Of a DNA stretch of 64,000 nt, positions 1 to 12,780 are shown one piece after another. A program made the position numbers and the translations under genes. Below the pieces are notes generated by a model. That model was not told where the DNA came from and did not search any database. It worked only from the letters and a program-made list of their open reading frames with translations. The DNA comes from Chiloscyllium plagiosum (Eukaryota): assembly GCF_004010195.1 (NCBI RefSeq), contig NC_057727.1, forward strand, positions 18,231,497 through 18,295,496, in the 5' to 3' direction. Position 1 is the stretch's first letter. Every line of letters begins with the position of its first letter.

Positions 1-29
1 GAGAACAGGAGGCCTTGCACCCAGGGCAG

Positions 30-240
30 GGCTGCTCCTCTATTTATTGATGGGGACCTGGATCACATGTTGGAGGTTGAAGGAGAAGAGGATCATCCTA
101 CTACCAGAGGTGGCAAGAGGAGGGTACCTTTGCTGACCACACAGGTCTAGCTCCAAACGGCTGTAGCCAACAGCGACAAAGGTGAGACAACGGGAACTCT
201 GTTAGTATTTCAAGAGTTTAATGACCTCATAAATTCTGGC
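30..240 (+). mobile_element. Decayed Myb/SANT-like (trihelix) ORF remnant, probably from a PIF/Harbinger DNA transposon
   Basis: Frameshifted translation APLFIDGDLDHMLEVE...(W)LQTAVA...KSFNDL resembles the APRF..DLEVLL...W..VA...KKFNDL pattern of Harbinger Myb-like proteins; heavily disrupted. Confidence 0.3.
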
Positions 241-1350
241 AAAGGGAATGCCCCCAACACACTGAGGACACCTCAGGACTTGCACTAACCAGCAAAAACA
301 TCACCAAAGCAGCCTCAGAATGCATTCTGCTCGTAAATTAGGAATGAGCAACTGAGGCACTTATTGGCTCCTCAGAATTGCTTACAGCCAGAGGGCTCCT
401 GAAAGCTTTCACCACTGAGACATATAACTGTAAATGGACAGGAGATTTGGCACCCTATAAAGGTGAGAGGGATGGCAGTCACCCTTCCTCTATCAAATAG
501 CCATGAAGAAAACAATAATAGAGATCACAAAAATGTGAATGAGGAGGAAGTCGGGCCTGGCAAAACAGAAGCTCCTGGTTGACCTGGTGATTACAGAAGG
601 AAACTTGTTGATTGAGGAAGTAGATGTGCAATGTATTTGCTAGCATGTCATGCACTGAGTAGCATTTAGAAATTTTAGCATTGCAGTGGTTTCTAATCTC
701 GTAAATGAGGTTTTGTCATCTCTTCAGGTGCAGACTTCCAACCCATGACATATCTTTTCCCTCTAGATCCATAGGGCAACAGAAGCATGAGCATGAAGCA
801 GTAGCTTAGTCACACTTTATAGGTGCACCATCCACCATCACAGGTACTCTAACATGTGGAGCCTTGCATGTGCGTAGATTGTGTAGCAGATGACAATGAT
901 CACATCAATAGTATGCAGCTTGAGGCAGTGAGAGCTGTGGTCAACTCCCAAATGGGGACAACATACACAGTTCTATTCAGTTCAACACAAGTTCAAGATT
1001 GGGGTTCACAGAAAAGATGGTCCTACCTTGAATAGCAGTAAGAAATATGTTCCCACATCTCAGTGTTCACTGAGATAGTGTGGGTTCTGCACCGACCTGT
1101 TTTTCCAAAGAACTAATTATCTGTTATTTATAAACCACAAAGACCGATAGCATATTTCCAAGCACAATGAAACCACTGCAATGCTGAAATTTCTAAATGC
1201 TACTCAGTGCATGACATGCAAGCAAATACATTGCACAGAGAAGACATGCAAGTTATATGGTCACAAATTTGGCTCCAGAAATGAATTTTGGCAGTTAACT
1301 ACAAAATCCAATCAATGACATATCCTAAATCATACCCTAGCAATTTGTAC

Positions 1351-1483
1351 CTGTGGATGAACAATGCTCTCAGCATCATTCAGACGGATATTATCATCTA
1401 TAAATATATGCTGTATTCCAGTTTCAGAAGGATCGATCCAAAATGGTTTACCACCTTCGTTTGAGAAGCTATTCCTAGACCAC
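1351..1483 (-). CDS. Uncharacterised HAD-like hydrolase, coding exon 4 (WSRNSFSNEGGKPFWIDP...HIFIDDNIR...HPQ); gene continues beyond the window start
   Basis: ttttctttcag|G completes TG+G Trp; 133 nt; donor CAG|gtacaa; contains GGKP (motif III-like) and IFIDDN (motif IV-like). No terminal exon recognised in 1-1350. Confidence 0.9.
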
Positions 1484-1857
1484 CTGAAAGAAAAAAGGAA
1501 CACAAAGCACCTTTTCAAAATTAGTAAAGCAATTTTCTAATACTTGGAGTTTTGCTCCAATATAATGACGAAACAATGACAAATTTGAAGCCTAGTCACA
1601 GCTAAAAAGTTCAGTATGAGATTATTTGAAGCAATCACTACTATTTCCTGATACCAACAAACTGTTAACATGCTGATTTATACAGGTGTTAGGATTTTTT
1701 TCATGAATAATGAACTGTAGAAATCAATCTAATTTTTCAAACCAGCAAGTTAAAACTTGATTAAAGTATTGTGGTCCAAACAATTCTTTTTGGTTTTGTG
1801 AAGTAATGCTATTGTAATCCTTAAATTTGCAATGCATAATTAACTTCTAAGACTCAC

Positions 1858-2018
1858 CAGTCAAAATGATCCTGAAAACCTACAATTCCTTCCAATGAAG
1901 AGAAATAATGATATACAGCTCTATCGTCTGACTGTGTAGAAATCCGCTCAGATCCCAAGGTCAACACAACATTCTTTTTATTACAACGGATTTTACCCGG
2001 AGATATTCTCAATGGAAG
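1858..2018 (-). CDS. Uncharacterised HAD-like hydrolase, coding exon 3 (LPLRISPGKIRC...GIVGFQDHFD-W)
   Basis: ttttccctttag| acceptor, 161 nt open reading (absent from the ORF track), donor CTG|gtgagt, phase 2; phases match both neighbours. Confidence 0.9.
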
Positions 2019-2684
2019 CTAAAGGGAAAAAAATAAGTGTAATATCTGTTAGTTAATGTTTTATAAAAGCCTTTCATCTTAAACTGGAAGAATCACGTGC
2101 TCTCGGCTGTTAGAAAAATCTAACTATCTCTGAACATTAAATTGTTCACAAAACAAAAAGAGAGACTAAAACAAAATACACATTAGACCAATTCGTCTAG
2201 GTGAAGGGAACAAGAAAGCTAATGCTTTAAGTGCAGATTTCTATTTGGGAAAAGGATTCCGATCACAAACATGAATTTACCTGTTAGATCCAAAAATGAC
2301 AATAACTAAATCCACTGTTGCAAATTTCCAGGCTGTTTTGTTTTTGTTTCAAATTAACAGTAATCTGCAGTATTTACCTTTCACTTGGAACAATCAAGTT
2401 ATTTATATCTATTATACAGTGTTTAAACACCCCCACGCATAAAAAGACAACTTTTAATCTTTCAACAGAATTATTAAATATCTTTTTCTCTCTATTTTGT
2501 TGTGATACACTTCAAATTCCATTATGTGAAAAGCAACGTAGACGACCGATATCTAGCTTTTCCCAAAGTTCCTCCTGAGGTAAGTACAAAGTGGTGCATA
2601 ACAATAGTCTGCACTAACTTGACTGACTGTCTTCCTTTATCCCCGGTAGTAAAGTATCAAGTTCAAGGTGAAAATATTAACATA

Positions 2685-3076
2685 CGCACAAGAAACAAAA
2701 GTAGGCCACTCAGCCCTTTGAGCCTGCTCTGCCACTCAATTTTGATTTTAACTTCAAGTTCCTGCATATCACTATTAATCTTTCACTCCCTTGGTAATCA
2801 AGTATTTATTCTACTTCTGCCTTAAAATTATTTGCTGTCCACTGCCTTTTGTGGAAGGGAACTCCAAAGACTCATCATCCTGACAGAAAAATGCTTGCTC
2901 ATCTGTTTTAAATGGACACTCCCTTAGTGTTAACCCATAACACCTAGTTCTACAATCTCCCAGAAGAGGAAGCATCCTTTCAACAATCACCCGATCAAGT
3001 CACCTCAGCATCTGAAATGTTTCAATTAAGTCACCAACTCCCATGTTTACAAGCCTAGACTGTCTCACCTTCCCTC
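2685..3076 (-). mobile_element. CR1-type LINE 3' fragment (old)
   Basis: Reverse complement of the CR1 3' UTR/ORF2 end; similar to copies at 10629 and 20845. Confidence 0.65.
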
Positions 3077-3834
3077 ATGCCAATATTCAGTACTGTAGAG
3101 GCAGAGTTTAATGTCTCCTCTACTCTCAAGGTGAGTTCCAAGGGGCGAGGAGTAGAGGGGGTGGGAATTTGGACCCTCTCGCCACCACACTTTAAGCAGA
3201 CTTGTGGGTCACCTATTAGCCTGGACAGCAATTCAGGCTCTTATAATGTAATTAATGCCTACATAAGTGTCTCCACCTCCTACCTCGGGTGAACTCACCA
3301 TGTGGAGAGACTGGCAAGCAAACCTGATTGGGCTGTATCTGCTCTCGAGACCCAAATCAAAAATAGGGGCCTGTTCACAGTTAGACCCATGTCTTTCCCC
3401 TGCCCTTTCTTCATCCAGCCCCACCTTTTCCTTAATGACAAAGCCTAAGTGTGTTACTGGCAACAATTGACACCAGAGAGCTTCCAGCATCTGATTGGCA
3501 CCTCTCAAGAATGAGATTCCCATCCTGTCGGGGGAGGTGCAGAGACTAAATGTCCCAGTGGAGGCAAGAATCATGGGCAGCAGGGTTTCTGCTACTCATG
3601 AGCAGCTTCATTTCCTGAGAGTTCCCAATGATTGCGACAATAGGGGGGTACCAACAGTGTTGGTTGTCAGACCCTTTCCAACCCCTTATTAAATTCCATC
3701 CAATAAAGAGAAATTCAAGTTGTCTGGTTTGGAAAAATATCAGAATGAATAATCACTATAGCTTACCAGACCAATATTAAAATTTTTAAAAATTCTGTCT
3801 TTATGCATTCATTTGAAAATTAAGCTTTGCTTAC

Positions 3835-4220
3835 ATGTTTCGTTTGAAGGTGTTGATACTGAGGATGCTGACCAGACAGGGTGATCTGAATGGTCTTTAA
3901 AGTTCTACTCAAGTCCGACCCAAAGGTTCGAAGTACGATGGCAAATTCTCTGCCTTGTGATGACAAACAATCAATTAACTCAAAGAAAGCTGGCAGGATC
4001 CGATGGTACTCTTTGCCATCTTCATCAGTCATAGACAGAAGCTCATTGTGGGGACCCATCCATTCTACTTTCTGTAGGTGGTCAGTAAAAATCTTTTTAA
4101 AGAGGGAACCATCACCAGTCTCTGTGAAATCCAATGGCCTCCCAAACTGCGAATAATAGCTCACAGCACCATCACAAGGTGGGTTCAAGGAAGGTACTTT
4201 ACTCAGCCATTCCCATTTTC
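3835..4220 (-). CDS. Uncharacterised HAD-like hydrolase, coding exon 2 (GKWEWLS...FAIVLRTFGSDL...LQTKH)
   Basis: tttttcag|GA acceptor completes the phase-1 Gly; 386 nt open; donor CAT|gtaagc, phase 0. Confidence 0.9.
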
Positions 4221-4255
4221 CTGAAAAATAATTCACACTGTAATCAGCTTAACTT

Positions 4256-4568
4256 TAGATTAGATTACATTACAGTGTGGAAACAGGCCCTTCGGCCCAA
4301 CAAGTCCACACCGACCCGCCGAAGCGCAACCCACCCATATCCCCACATTTACCCCTTACCTAACACTATGGGCAATTTAGCATGGCCAATTCACCTGACC
4401 TGCACATCTTTGGACTGTGGGAGGAAACCGGAGCACCCAGAGGAAACCCACGCAGACACAGGGAGAACGTGCAAACTCCACACAGTCGGTTGCCTGAGGC
4501 GGGAAACGAACCCAGGTCTCTGGCGCTGTGAGGCAGCAGTGCTAACCACTGTGCCACCGTGCCGCCCA
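4256..4568 (-). mobile_element. HE1-type (V-SINE) tRNA-derived SINE, full length
   Basis: Minus strand reads GGGCGGCACGGTGGCACAGTGGTTAGC (A box)...GGTTCG (B box)...TGTGGAGTTTGCACGTTCTCCC...GGTTTCCTCCCACAGTCCAAAGATG (V core) with a (TCTAA)n tail. Confidence 0.92.
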
Positions 4569-4857
4569 CTATCATATCATATTGCTAGTGGTTTTGATGA
4601 AGACATTATGATGGTAACAACATCTAGTAGGTAAATACAGGGAAACTTACCTCTACTAGAGAAATAACCAAATAAAAGATTTATCACTTCAAAATTAGCA
4701 TTAGGTAGGTTAGGATGAAATAAAGAGGCTCATCCTTAAAAAGAAATCACGGAAAAGTTGAAACTCACTACTTAAAATGTTCTTGAGGCTAAGTCAATTG
4801 AAAATGTCAAAACTGAAACTAAAATGTTTTTGTTGTGCAAAGATCCTGTGGTAGATG

Positions 4858-5105
4858 AAACCAAAGGGAAAAGAGAAACTAGAAACAGAATAGGGCCCCT
4901 TAAAAACCAAGAAGGCTGTGTGCGTATCGACTCACAAAAGATGTGTGAGATACTAAACAAGTATTTCGCATCACTAGAGAACTTGGGAAAATGGTGATAC
5001 CTTGAAAAGTGTCCATATTAGAGAAGAGGAGGTGCTGCACACCTTAAAACGCATGAAGATGGATAAATCCCCAGGACTTGATCAAGAGTATTCCAGACTT
5101 TGTGG
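4858..5105 (+). mobile_element. CR1 LINE ORF2 fragment
   Basis: Translates KGKRETRNRIGPLKNQEG...EILNKYFAS...DKSPGLD; homologous to 29137-29500. Confidence 0.8.
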
Positions 5106-5147
5106 AATTATTATTTATATTATTTTTTTATTATTTATTCTTTATTT

Positions 5148-6050
5148 AGTCATAGAGTCATAGGGATGTACAGCATGGAAATAGATCCTTTGGTCCAATT
5201 CAAGCACTCCAACCAGATATCTTAAACAAATCTAGTCCCATTTGCCACCATTTGGCCCATTTCGCTCTAAACCCTTCCTGTTCACATACCCATACAGATG
5301 GCTTTTAAATGTTGTAATTGTACCAGCCTCCACCATTTCCTCTGGTAGATCATTCCATACACGCACCACTGTGTGTGTGAAAAAGTTGCCCCTTAGGTCC
5401 CTTTTAAATCTTGCCCCTCTCACCTAAAACCGATGCCCTGTAATTTTGGATTCCCCCACTCCAGGAATAGGACCTTGTTTATTTGCCCTATCCCTGCCTC
5501 TCATGATTTTATAAACTTCTGTAAGATCTCCCCTTAAACCTTCCAACCTGGCAACATCCTCGTAAATCTTTTCTGAACCCTTTCAAGTTTCACAATATCC
5601 TTCCTATAGCAGGGAGACCAGAATTGCATGCAATATTCCAAAAGTGGCCTAACCAATGTCCTGTACAGCTGCAACATGACCTCCCAACCCCTCTACTCAA
5701 TGCACTGACCAATAAAGGCAAGCATACCAAATGCCTCCTTCACTATCCTGTCTACCTGCGACTCCATTTTCAAGGAACCATGAACCTGCACTCCAAGGTA
5801 TCTTTGTTCAGCAACACTCCTCAGGATCTTACCATTAAGTGTATAAGTCCTGCCCTGATTTGCCTTTCCAAAATGCAGCACCTCACATTTATCTAAATTA
5901 AACTCCATTGCCATTCCTCGGCCCACTGACCCATCTGATCAAGGTCCTGTTGTACTCTAAGGTAACCTTCTTCGCTGTCCACTACACCCCCAATTTTGGT
6001 GTCATCTACAAACTTACTAACCATACCTCCTGTGTTCAGATCCAAATTAT
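5148..6050 (-). mobile_element. CR1 (HER1-like) LINE 3' portion
   Basis: RT C-terminal peptides (MEFNLDKCEVLHFG, NFFTHTVVRVWNDLP) and a (CTATGACT)n tail. Confidence 0.9.
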
Positions 6051-6172
6051 TAAGTATTATTTAATTATATTATTTATTTTTCTTCCAGCCAAGTTTATTG
6101 GATTGTTAACTATAACCACTTCCACACCCAAAAAAACTAGAAATATTTGAATAGAAAAATATGAATTCCTAC

Positions 6173-6398
6173 CTTCCTGGTTGATCCGACCCCAAGTAAC
6201 AGTGGTGAGAAAGGAACTGAGAGCTCTCCTGGGCCCTTGTCTGGTAACTGTGTCAAACAACAGGACGGTGTTATTTAAATCCAAGTGCACAATCAGTTTT
6301 GACCTACTACAATTTAAAGTCTTAGGAATCTCAGTGATCATTTGGCTTGAAACAGATTCCACTCTTTCAGTATCGTGATCTGGATGAAGCAAAGCCAT
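6173..6398 (-). CDS. Uncharacterised HAD-like hydrolase, first visible coding exon (MALLHP...KLIVHLDLNNT...RINQE-G)
   Basis: ATG at 6398 directly preceded by an in-frame TAA; ends GAAG|gtagga, phase 1; contains HAD motif-I-like LIVHLDLNNT. Start codon less certain than the donor. Confidence 0.8.
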
Positions 6399-8039
6399 TT
6401 ATAATTTCTGTACTAGATGATGTAGAAATCAATTATCTTGTCGGACGTGCATTGTTACTTGCAGTTATTGCGGCCATTCAAATTCCCTGTGCTTACGGTC
6501 ACATAGGATTCATTTGTAAAATTTCTGCTTTCAGCATTATCCCAGTGACGTGGATTATGGAGTGGACTGGTTGGGCCTCAAAGACCTTCAGGAAAGAAGA
6601 TGAAAATTTTGTAATTATTAATATGACTCTGGTTGGATTCTGTATGTTTTAAATCTGTAAGTAAATATAGACTAAAACAAATGGCAAGCAATGAGAATTA
6701 TAAAACAAAAGCTACTGTCAATACAAGTGCAATTACAAATGGTGCACAGAGGAAACACTAATTACAGTAGATAGACTAGGATGAGAAAGATAATTGAAAA
6801 TGGCCCATTACTTCCTAGATGAACTATGAAGATTTTCCCCAGAGTGACAGTAAGTTCTTTTTTCATTGCTCCCCTCTGCGCATTTATATAACGTGCCTGA
6901 GTATTGCACACAATTAGTATACTCTCTTCTATTATGCTCTGCAACTCCATGATTGTCTGATGTTTTCAAATTTACCAATGACTTTCCAGGAACCATAAAA
7001 TATATGTGAAATTTGAGAATTGCTCAAATACTAAAAGTAATTCTAGTTTTGCTACTTCAATAACCAGACAAATCTTCAGAAATCAAATGCATGAAGACAT
7101 TTTTACTTTTACTGATTTTATTTTTCTTAAACTAGCATTTATATGGCACAAACCAAAAGACTTCAAAGCACTTTAAATTGAATAACTTTTGGACTGAAGT
7201 ACTGCACTTGCAAGGCAATCTAAATTATATGCTGAAGTCCCATTGCTGTACTTGAACATAAGTATTTCCTAAGCTACAGGCAAAAAGCTACGACAGATGG
7301 ATGAGCCATGGATTTTGCCCTTGAATGCGATTACGTTTTACAGATTTTTGTTTTATTTTGGTCAGCTAGTTGCTAAGAAACAGCTTGGTGACTGAAGTCC
7401 AAACTGCTCAAGCACAGTTTAGAAAAAGTCAAGGCTCCTGAAAGATGCAGGAGTTTAAGGAAAAAAAACACACAGCTTAACAGTGCAAAGCATTATAAAA
7501 GTTCTAAAAATTGTATGCGGCATAAATATATATTCTTTCCATGCAATACCTTTCAAACTAGCACATCACCGTCCACAGATACCAGTGTTCCCAACCCCCT
7601 GCATCCCTCTTCAACATCCAGTCCACCCATCCATTATCTGGTTTTGCGGAGGGGTAGTGTGGCACACCTGCAGTCATCCTACTGCCACTGTAACACACAC
7701 TAACACACACACTCACTCACTTACTCCTCAGCTTTCAATTATTGATGCAAATTACATAACGTCACCACTGACTCTCCTTCTTCTCTAGGTACTAACTTGG
7801 TGGGGAATCAAACTGTTCACAAACTGATTGACTGTGAAAGGCTTGCTAACCCCTAAATTCTCTCTATTAGCCCACTTCCACATCTGTAAAGTTAGCCATC
7901 TCAGTCTCCAACTCAACTAACCTGTAACTAAAACCCAGGTATATTTTGGCCCAGATACGGTTACATCAATTCTCTGCTGCTTAATCTCCATTCCTCAGCC
8001 AAAACAAAAACCAAAAGAACTATGGATGTTGGAAATCAT

Positions 8040-9945
8040 AAACAAATCAGATCGGCCTTCTTGAGAGTGAACCCGAGGAAAGCAACTAGCCCAAATGGAG
8101 GCCACAGCCGTGCACTCTGTCCTATGAGGACCAGCTGGTGGGAGTATTCGCTGACATCCTTAATCTCTCCTTGCTGCAATCTGAAGTCCCCACCTGCTTC
8201 AAGAGGACCACTATTATCCCAGTACCAAAGGAAACACATCAAATGTGCCTCAACGACTACCGCCCAATGGCTCTGACCTCCACAATCATGAAGTGTTTTG
8301 AGAGGTTAGTCATGACTCACATCTACTCTAGCCTCCCAGCATGCCTCAGTCCTTTGCAACTTGTCTCTGGCAGATTAAGTCCACAGCAGATGCCATTTCT
8401 GTAGCTCTTCGCTCATCCCTGAAATATATAGATAAGAAGGATAACTACGTCGGGCTCCTACCTTTCGACTACAGCTCTGCCTTCAACACTATAATCCGCC
8501 TTCTTGCGGATTGTTTCAGAGAATATCTCTGGGACACCCACACCCACCAACCTCACCGCCTTATGGCTGAACGCTTCAACTCCCCCTTCCACTCCACCAA
8601 GGACATGCAGGTCCTGGGCCTCCTCCACCACCAAACCGTTACCATCTGACGTCTGGAGGAGGAATACCTCATATTCCGCCTTGGGACCTTGCAACCACTC
8701 AGGATAAATGTGGATTTTAATAGCTTCCTCATTTCACCTCTCTCACATTATCCCAGTCCCACGCCTCCAACTTGGCACCGCAATCTGGACCCCTCCATCA
8801 CTACCCCCACTGACCTATCACCTTCTCCCTCACCTTCATACACCTATCGCTTTCTCAGCTACCTCCCCACAACGCCACCCCCCTCCCATTTATCTCTCAG
8901 CCCTGACCCACAAGCCTTATTCCTGATGAAGGGCTTATGCCTAAAACATCGATTCTTCTGCTCCTCGGATGCTGCCTGACTGGCTGTGCTTTTCCAGCAC
9001 CACATGCTTGACTCTGATCTACAGCATCTGAGTCCTCACTTTCTCCTAGTTGATTTCAACACTAATCACTACCAAACTGATCTCAAAACTTTGAGATCTC
9101 GGTCTCGGCTCCGTTGTCTGTAACTGGATCATCAGCTTCCAGACTCACAGACCGCAATCAGTGAAGGCAGACAACAGCACCCCCTCCATGACAATCCTCA
9201 ACACCAACGCCCCATAAGGATGCATACTCAGCCCCCTGCTGTACTCCCTGTACACTCTCAACTGTATGGCCGAATTTTATACAAATACCATCTACAATTT
9301 ACTAACAACATCACCGATGTAGGCCGGATATCAAACAATGATGAGTCAGAATATAGGAAGATGATAGAATACTTGGTATCATGGTGCAAAGATAACAAAT
9401 TCTCCCTTAATTCAGCAAAATTTAAAAAATTATTAAGTGACATCAGAAATAAAGAAGAAGGACACACTCGTATTTACATTAATGAAGCTGAAGTGAAGAT
9501 GGTGGAGAGCATCAAGTCTCTAGGAGTGACAATAACTGACAACCTTTCCTGAAATTCCCAGGTAGATGCCACAGTCAAGAAGGCATAACAATGCCTCTGC
9601 TTCCACAGGATGCTAGGAAATTCCATATGACCATAAGGACCCTCATTAACTTCTACAGATGCATCATAGAAAGTATTCTATCTGGGTGCAACACAGCTTC
9701 TTTCTTGCTGTTATTAGACTGTTGAATGGACCTCACTAATTTCAATTATAATGTTGATCTTGCTTTTGTGCACCTCCTATGCAGCCATAATGTTGTATTG
9801 CCTTGTTCTACCTGAACACTCTATGATCTGTATGTCATTGTACATTAGGATCTGGCTGTACTGCATGCAGAACAAAACCTTTCATTATACTTTAGGTATA
9901 TGTGACAGTAATAAATCAAATTAATTCAAGATCAAATCAAGAACA
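8040..9945 (+). mobile_element. Rex1/Babar-type LINE 3' half, interrupted by a PLE fragment
   Basis: VNPRKA..., [15 protein letters not shown]...[47 protein letters not shown]; AATAAA followed by an (AATCA)-like tail near 9910-9945. Confidence 0.85.
8497..9054 (+). mobile_element. Penelope-like element 3' fragment (GIY-YIG end plus pLTR)
   Basis: RLLADCFREYLWDTH...FNSPFHS; degenerate CTGATGAAGGGCTTATGC core at about 8923; flanked by TTCAACACT(AT)AATC duplication. Confidence 0.85.
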
Positions 9946-9994
9946 AATCAACAAAATCAGAAATAGTTAGAAAAACTCAGCAGGTCTAGCAGTA

Positions 9995-11890
9995 TAGTGT
10001 CAGAGAGATGTACTGCATGGAAACAGACCCGTCAGTCCAACTCATCCACGCCGACCAGATAGCCAAAGTAAATCTAGTCCCATTTAGCCCAATCCCTCTA
10101 AAAGTTTTCTTTTCATATACCAATCCAGATGCCTTGCAGTTGTACCAGCTTCCACCACTTCTTCTGGCAGGTCATTCCATACATGCACCACCCTCTATGT
10201 GAAAAAATTGCCCCTTAGGTCCCTTTTAAATCTTTCCCCTCTCACCTTAAGCTTATGCCATCTAGTTTTGGACTCCCCCACCTTGAGGAAAAGACCTTGT
10301 CTATTTACCCTACCCATGCCCCTCATGATTTTATAAACCTCTATAAAGGTCACCCCTTAGCCTCCGACGCTCCAGGGAAAACAGCCCTAGCCTATTCAAC
10401 CTCTCCCTATAGCTCAAACCCTCCAAATCTTGCAACATCCATGTAAATCTTTTCTGAACCCTTTCAAGTTTCACAACATCCTTCCGATAGCAGGGCGACC
10501 AGAATTGCACACAGTGTTCCAAAAGTAGCCTCATAAATGTCCTGTACATCCGTAAAATGCCCTCCCAATCCCTATACTCAATGCACTGACCAATAACGGC
10601 AAGGATACCAAATGCCTCCTTCACTATCATAAGAACATAATAAGAACATAAGAACTAGGAGCAGGAGTACGCTGTCCGGCCCTTCGAGCCTGCTCTGCCA
10701 CTCAATTACATCATGGCTAATCTTTTTGTGGACTCAGCTCCATTTACCCACGTTTTCACCATATCCCTTAATTCCTTTGTTTTTCAATAGAGTATCTATC
10801 TTAGCTTTAAAAGCGATTACTGAAGTAGCGTGAACTACTTCCCTGGACAAGGAATTCCACTGATTAACAACCCTCTGGGTGAAGAAGTTCCTTCTCAGTT
10901 CAGTTCTAAACCTGCTTCCTCTAATCTTGAGGCCATGCCTTCTGGTCCTAGTCTCACCTACCAGTGGAAACATCCTCTCTACTTCTATTTTATCAATTCC
11001 TTTCATAATTTTACATGTTTCTATAAGATCCCCCCCATTCTTCTGAATTCCAATGAATATAATCCCAATCAACTCAGCCTTTCCTCATAAGCCAACCTCC
11101 TCAACTCTGGAATCAACCTAGTGAACCTCCTCTGCACCCCCTCTAGTGCCAGTACATCCTTTCTTAAGTAAGGAGACCAAATCTGCACACAGTAATCCAG
11201 GTGTGGCCTCACCAGAACCTGGTACAGCTCTAACATTACCTCTCTGTTTTAAAGCTCAACCCCTTCAGCAGTAAAGGACAAAATTCAACTTGCCTTCCTA
11301 ATTACTTGTTGTACCTGCAGACTAACCTGCAATTCATGCACAAGGACACCAAGATCCCTCTGCAAATTAGCATGCTGCAACTTTTTAACCATTCAAGTAA
11401 TCTATTTTGCTGTTACTCCTACCAAAATGTATGGCTTCGCATTTACTACATAGTATTCCATCTGCCAGACCTTTGCCCACTCACTCAAATGCATCTATGT
11501 TCTGTCTACCTGCAACTCCACTTTCAAAGAACAATGAACCTGCACTCCAAGGTCTCTTTATTCAGCAGCACTCTCCAGGACCTTACCATTAAGTGTATAA
11601 GTCCTGTCTTTCCAAATTACAGCACCTCACATTTGTCTAAATTAAATTCCATCTGCCATTCCTCAGCCCAGTGGCCATCTGATCAAGATCCTGTTGTACT
11701 CTGGAGGTAACCTTCTTCACTGTCCATTACACCTCTAATTTTGGTGTCATCCACAAACTGCTTAATTATATTTCCTATGTTCACATCCAAATCATTTATA
11801 TAAATGACAAAAAGCAGTGGACCCACCATCAATCTTTGTGGCACATTTCTGGTCACAGGACTCCAGGCTGAAAAGCAAACCACCTCCATC
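9995..11890 (-). mobile_element. CR1 (HER1-like) LINE with a second CR1 subfamily nested at about 10629-11490
   Basis: Continuous RT C-terminal peptides split by an element with a (TTCTTATG)n tail that repeats the same ORF2 region. Confidence 0.88.
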
Positions 11891-12780
11891 TCTGGAGGGA
11901 AAGCAAATTCAACATTTCAGAATAAAGTGTCCCTGGACCCGTAACATGGGCTTTGCTTTCTTGACACAGATGCTGCCAGATCTGCCGAGCTGTTCCAATT
12001 TTCAGCCACCTTCCATACATAGACTTGAAACTTCCAAAGCAGCTCCATTTTCAGCCCCCGATCGGTTCTTAACGGCTAATTTCACCTTCCCCCAAAACCT
12101 CTCCACTTCTCTTTCCTTCAAGACTCAATTTTTAAACGCTCCGGCCAACCTTTCACTTCCCCTTCCCTATGTCGATTTTGGTTTCAGGTCTGGTTTGCCA
12201 TGCCACTCAAGCTGCTGTAAAGCGTCCTGGGTCTTTTCTGTTTTCTCCCCCCGGGTTGTTTTGCAGGATTTCGGTCCTGTTACTGACCTTGAGTCAGGAG
12301 CAGTCACTAGAGTTTGGCCCTCTGGTACAGGAATAATCTCTGATGATGGAGAGACACAGCTCCTCACTCACACACAGCTCCAGGACCCGGCCGGCAGATT
12401 CTCCTCAGGATCAAAGACCTGCTGTTAATCAAAACACATAAATATTTTAAATATTTCACCTCCGGGCATTCCGAAGTGTCTCTAATACCTTAACTACTCC
12501 ACACACACACACACATCCTCCTCATAACGTTATATCCACTTAACCGACCGGCTTTTTGTCTCCGAGAATTGTGGGATACAGGAGGACCAGTCAAACTCCA
12601 GGGCGACAATTAGCCTGTAATTTCTGCTTACTTACCATTGATGGCTCATTATTTTTTTCCCTAAAAGTGCTTTGACAGCCTTAAAACAATGCATTTTTTT
12701 AAATTCAAAAAAATCTATTCCATCTAAATGGGTATCCGTTCAGTTATCAGACCTCTTGGTGCCTCAAATGCATATAAATG

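Noticed and set aside
3160-3700. Possible MITE-like insertion with GGAATTT...AAATTCC ends
   Set aside because: The terminal repeats are too short and degenerate, and no TSD was found.
4480-4568. tRNA-like A/B boxes (also at 41990, 44259 and 55130)
   Set aside because: They are SINE heads attached to V core and tail, not tRNA genes.
4134-4634. 166-aa + strand ORF, and similar ORFs at 54917 and 42013
   Set aside because: These are antisense translations of HE1 SINEs, not genes.
11817-12428. 203-aa + strand ORF
   Set aside because: It begins in CR1 and old repeat sequence, has no recognisable domain and no splice support.
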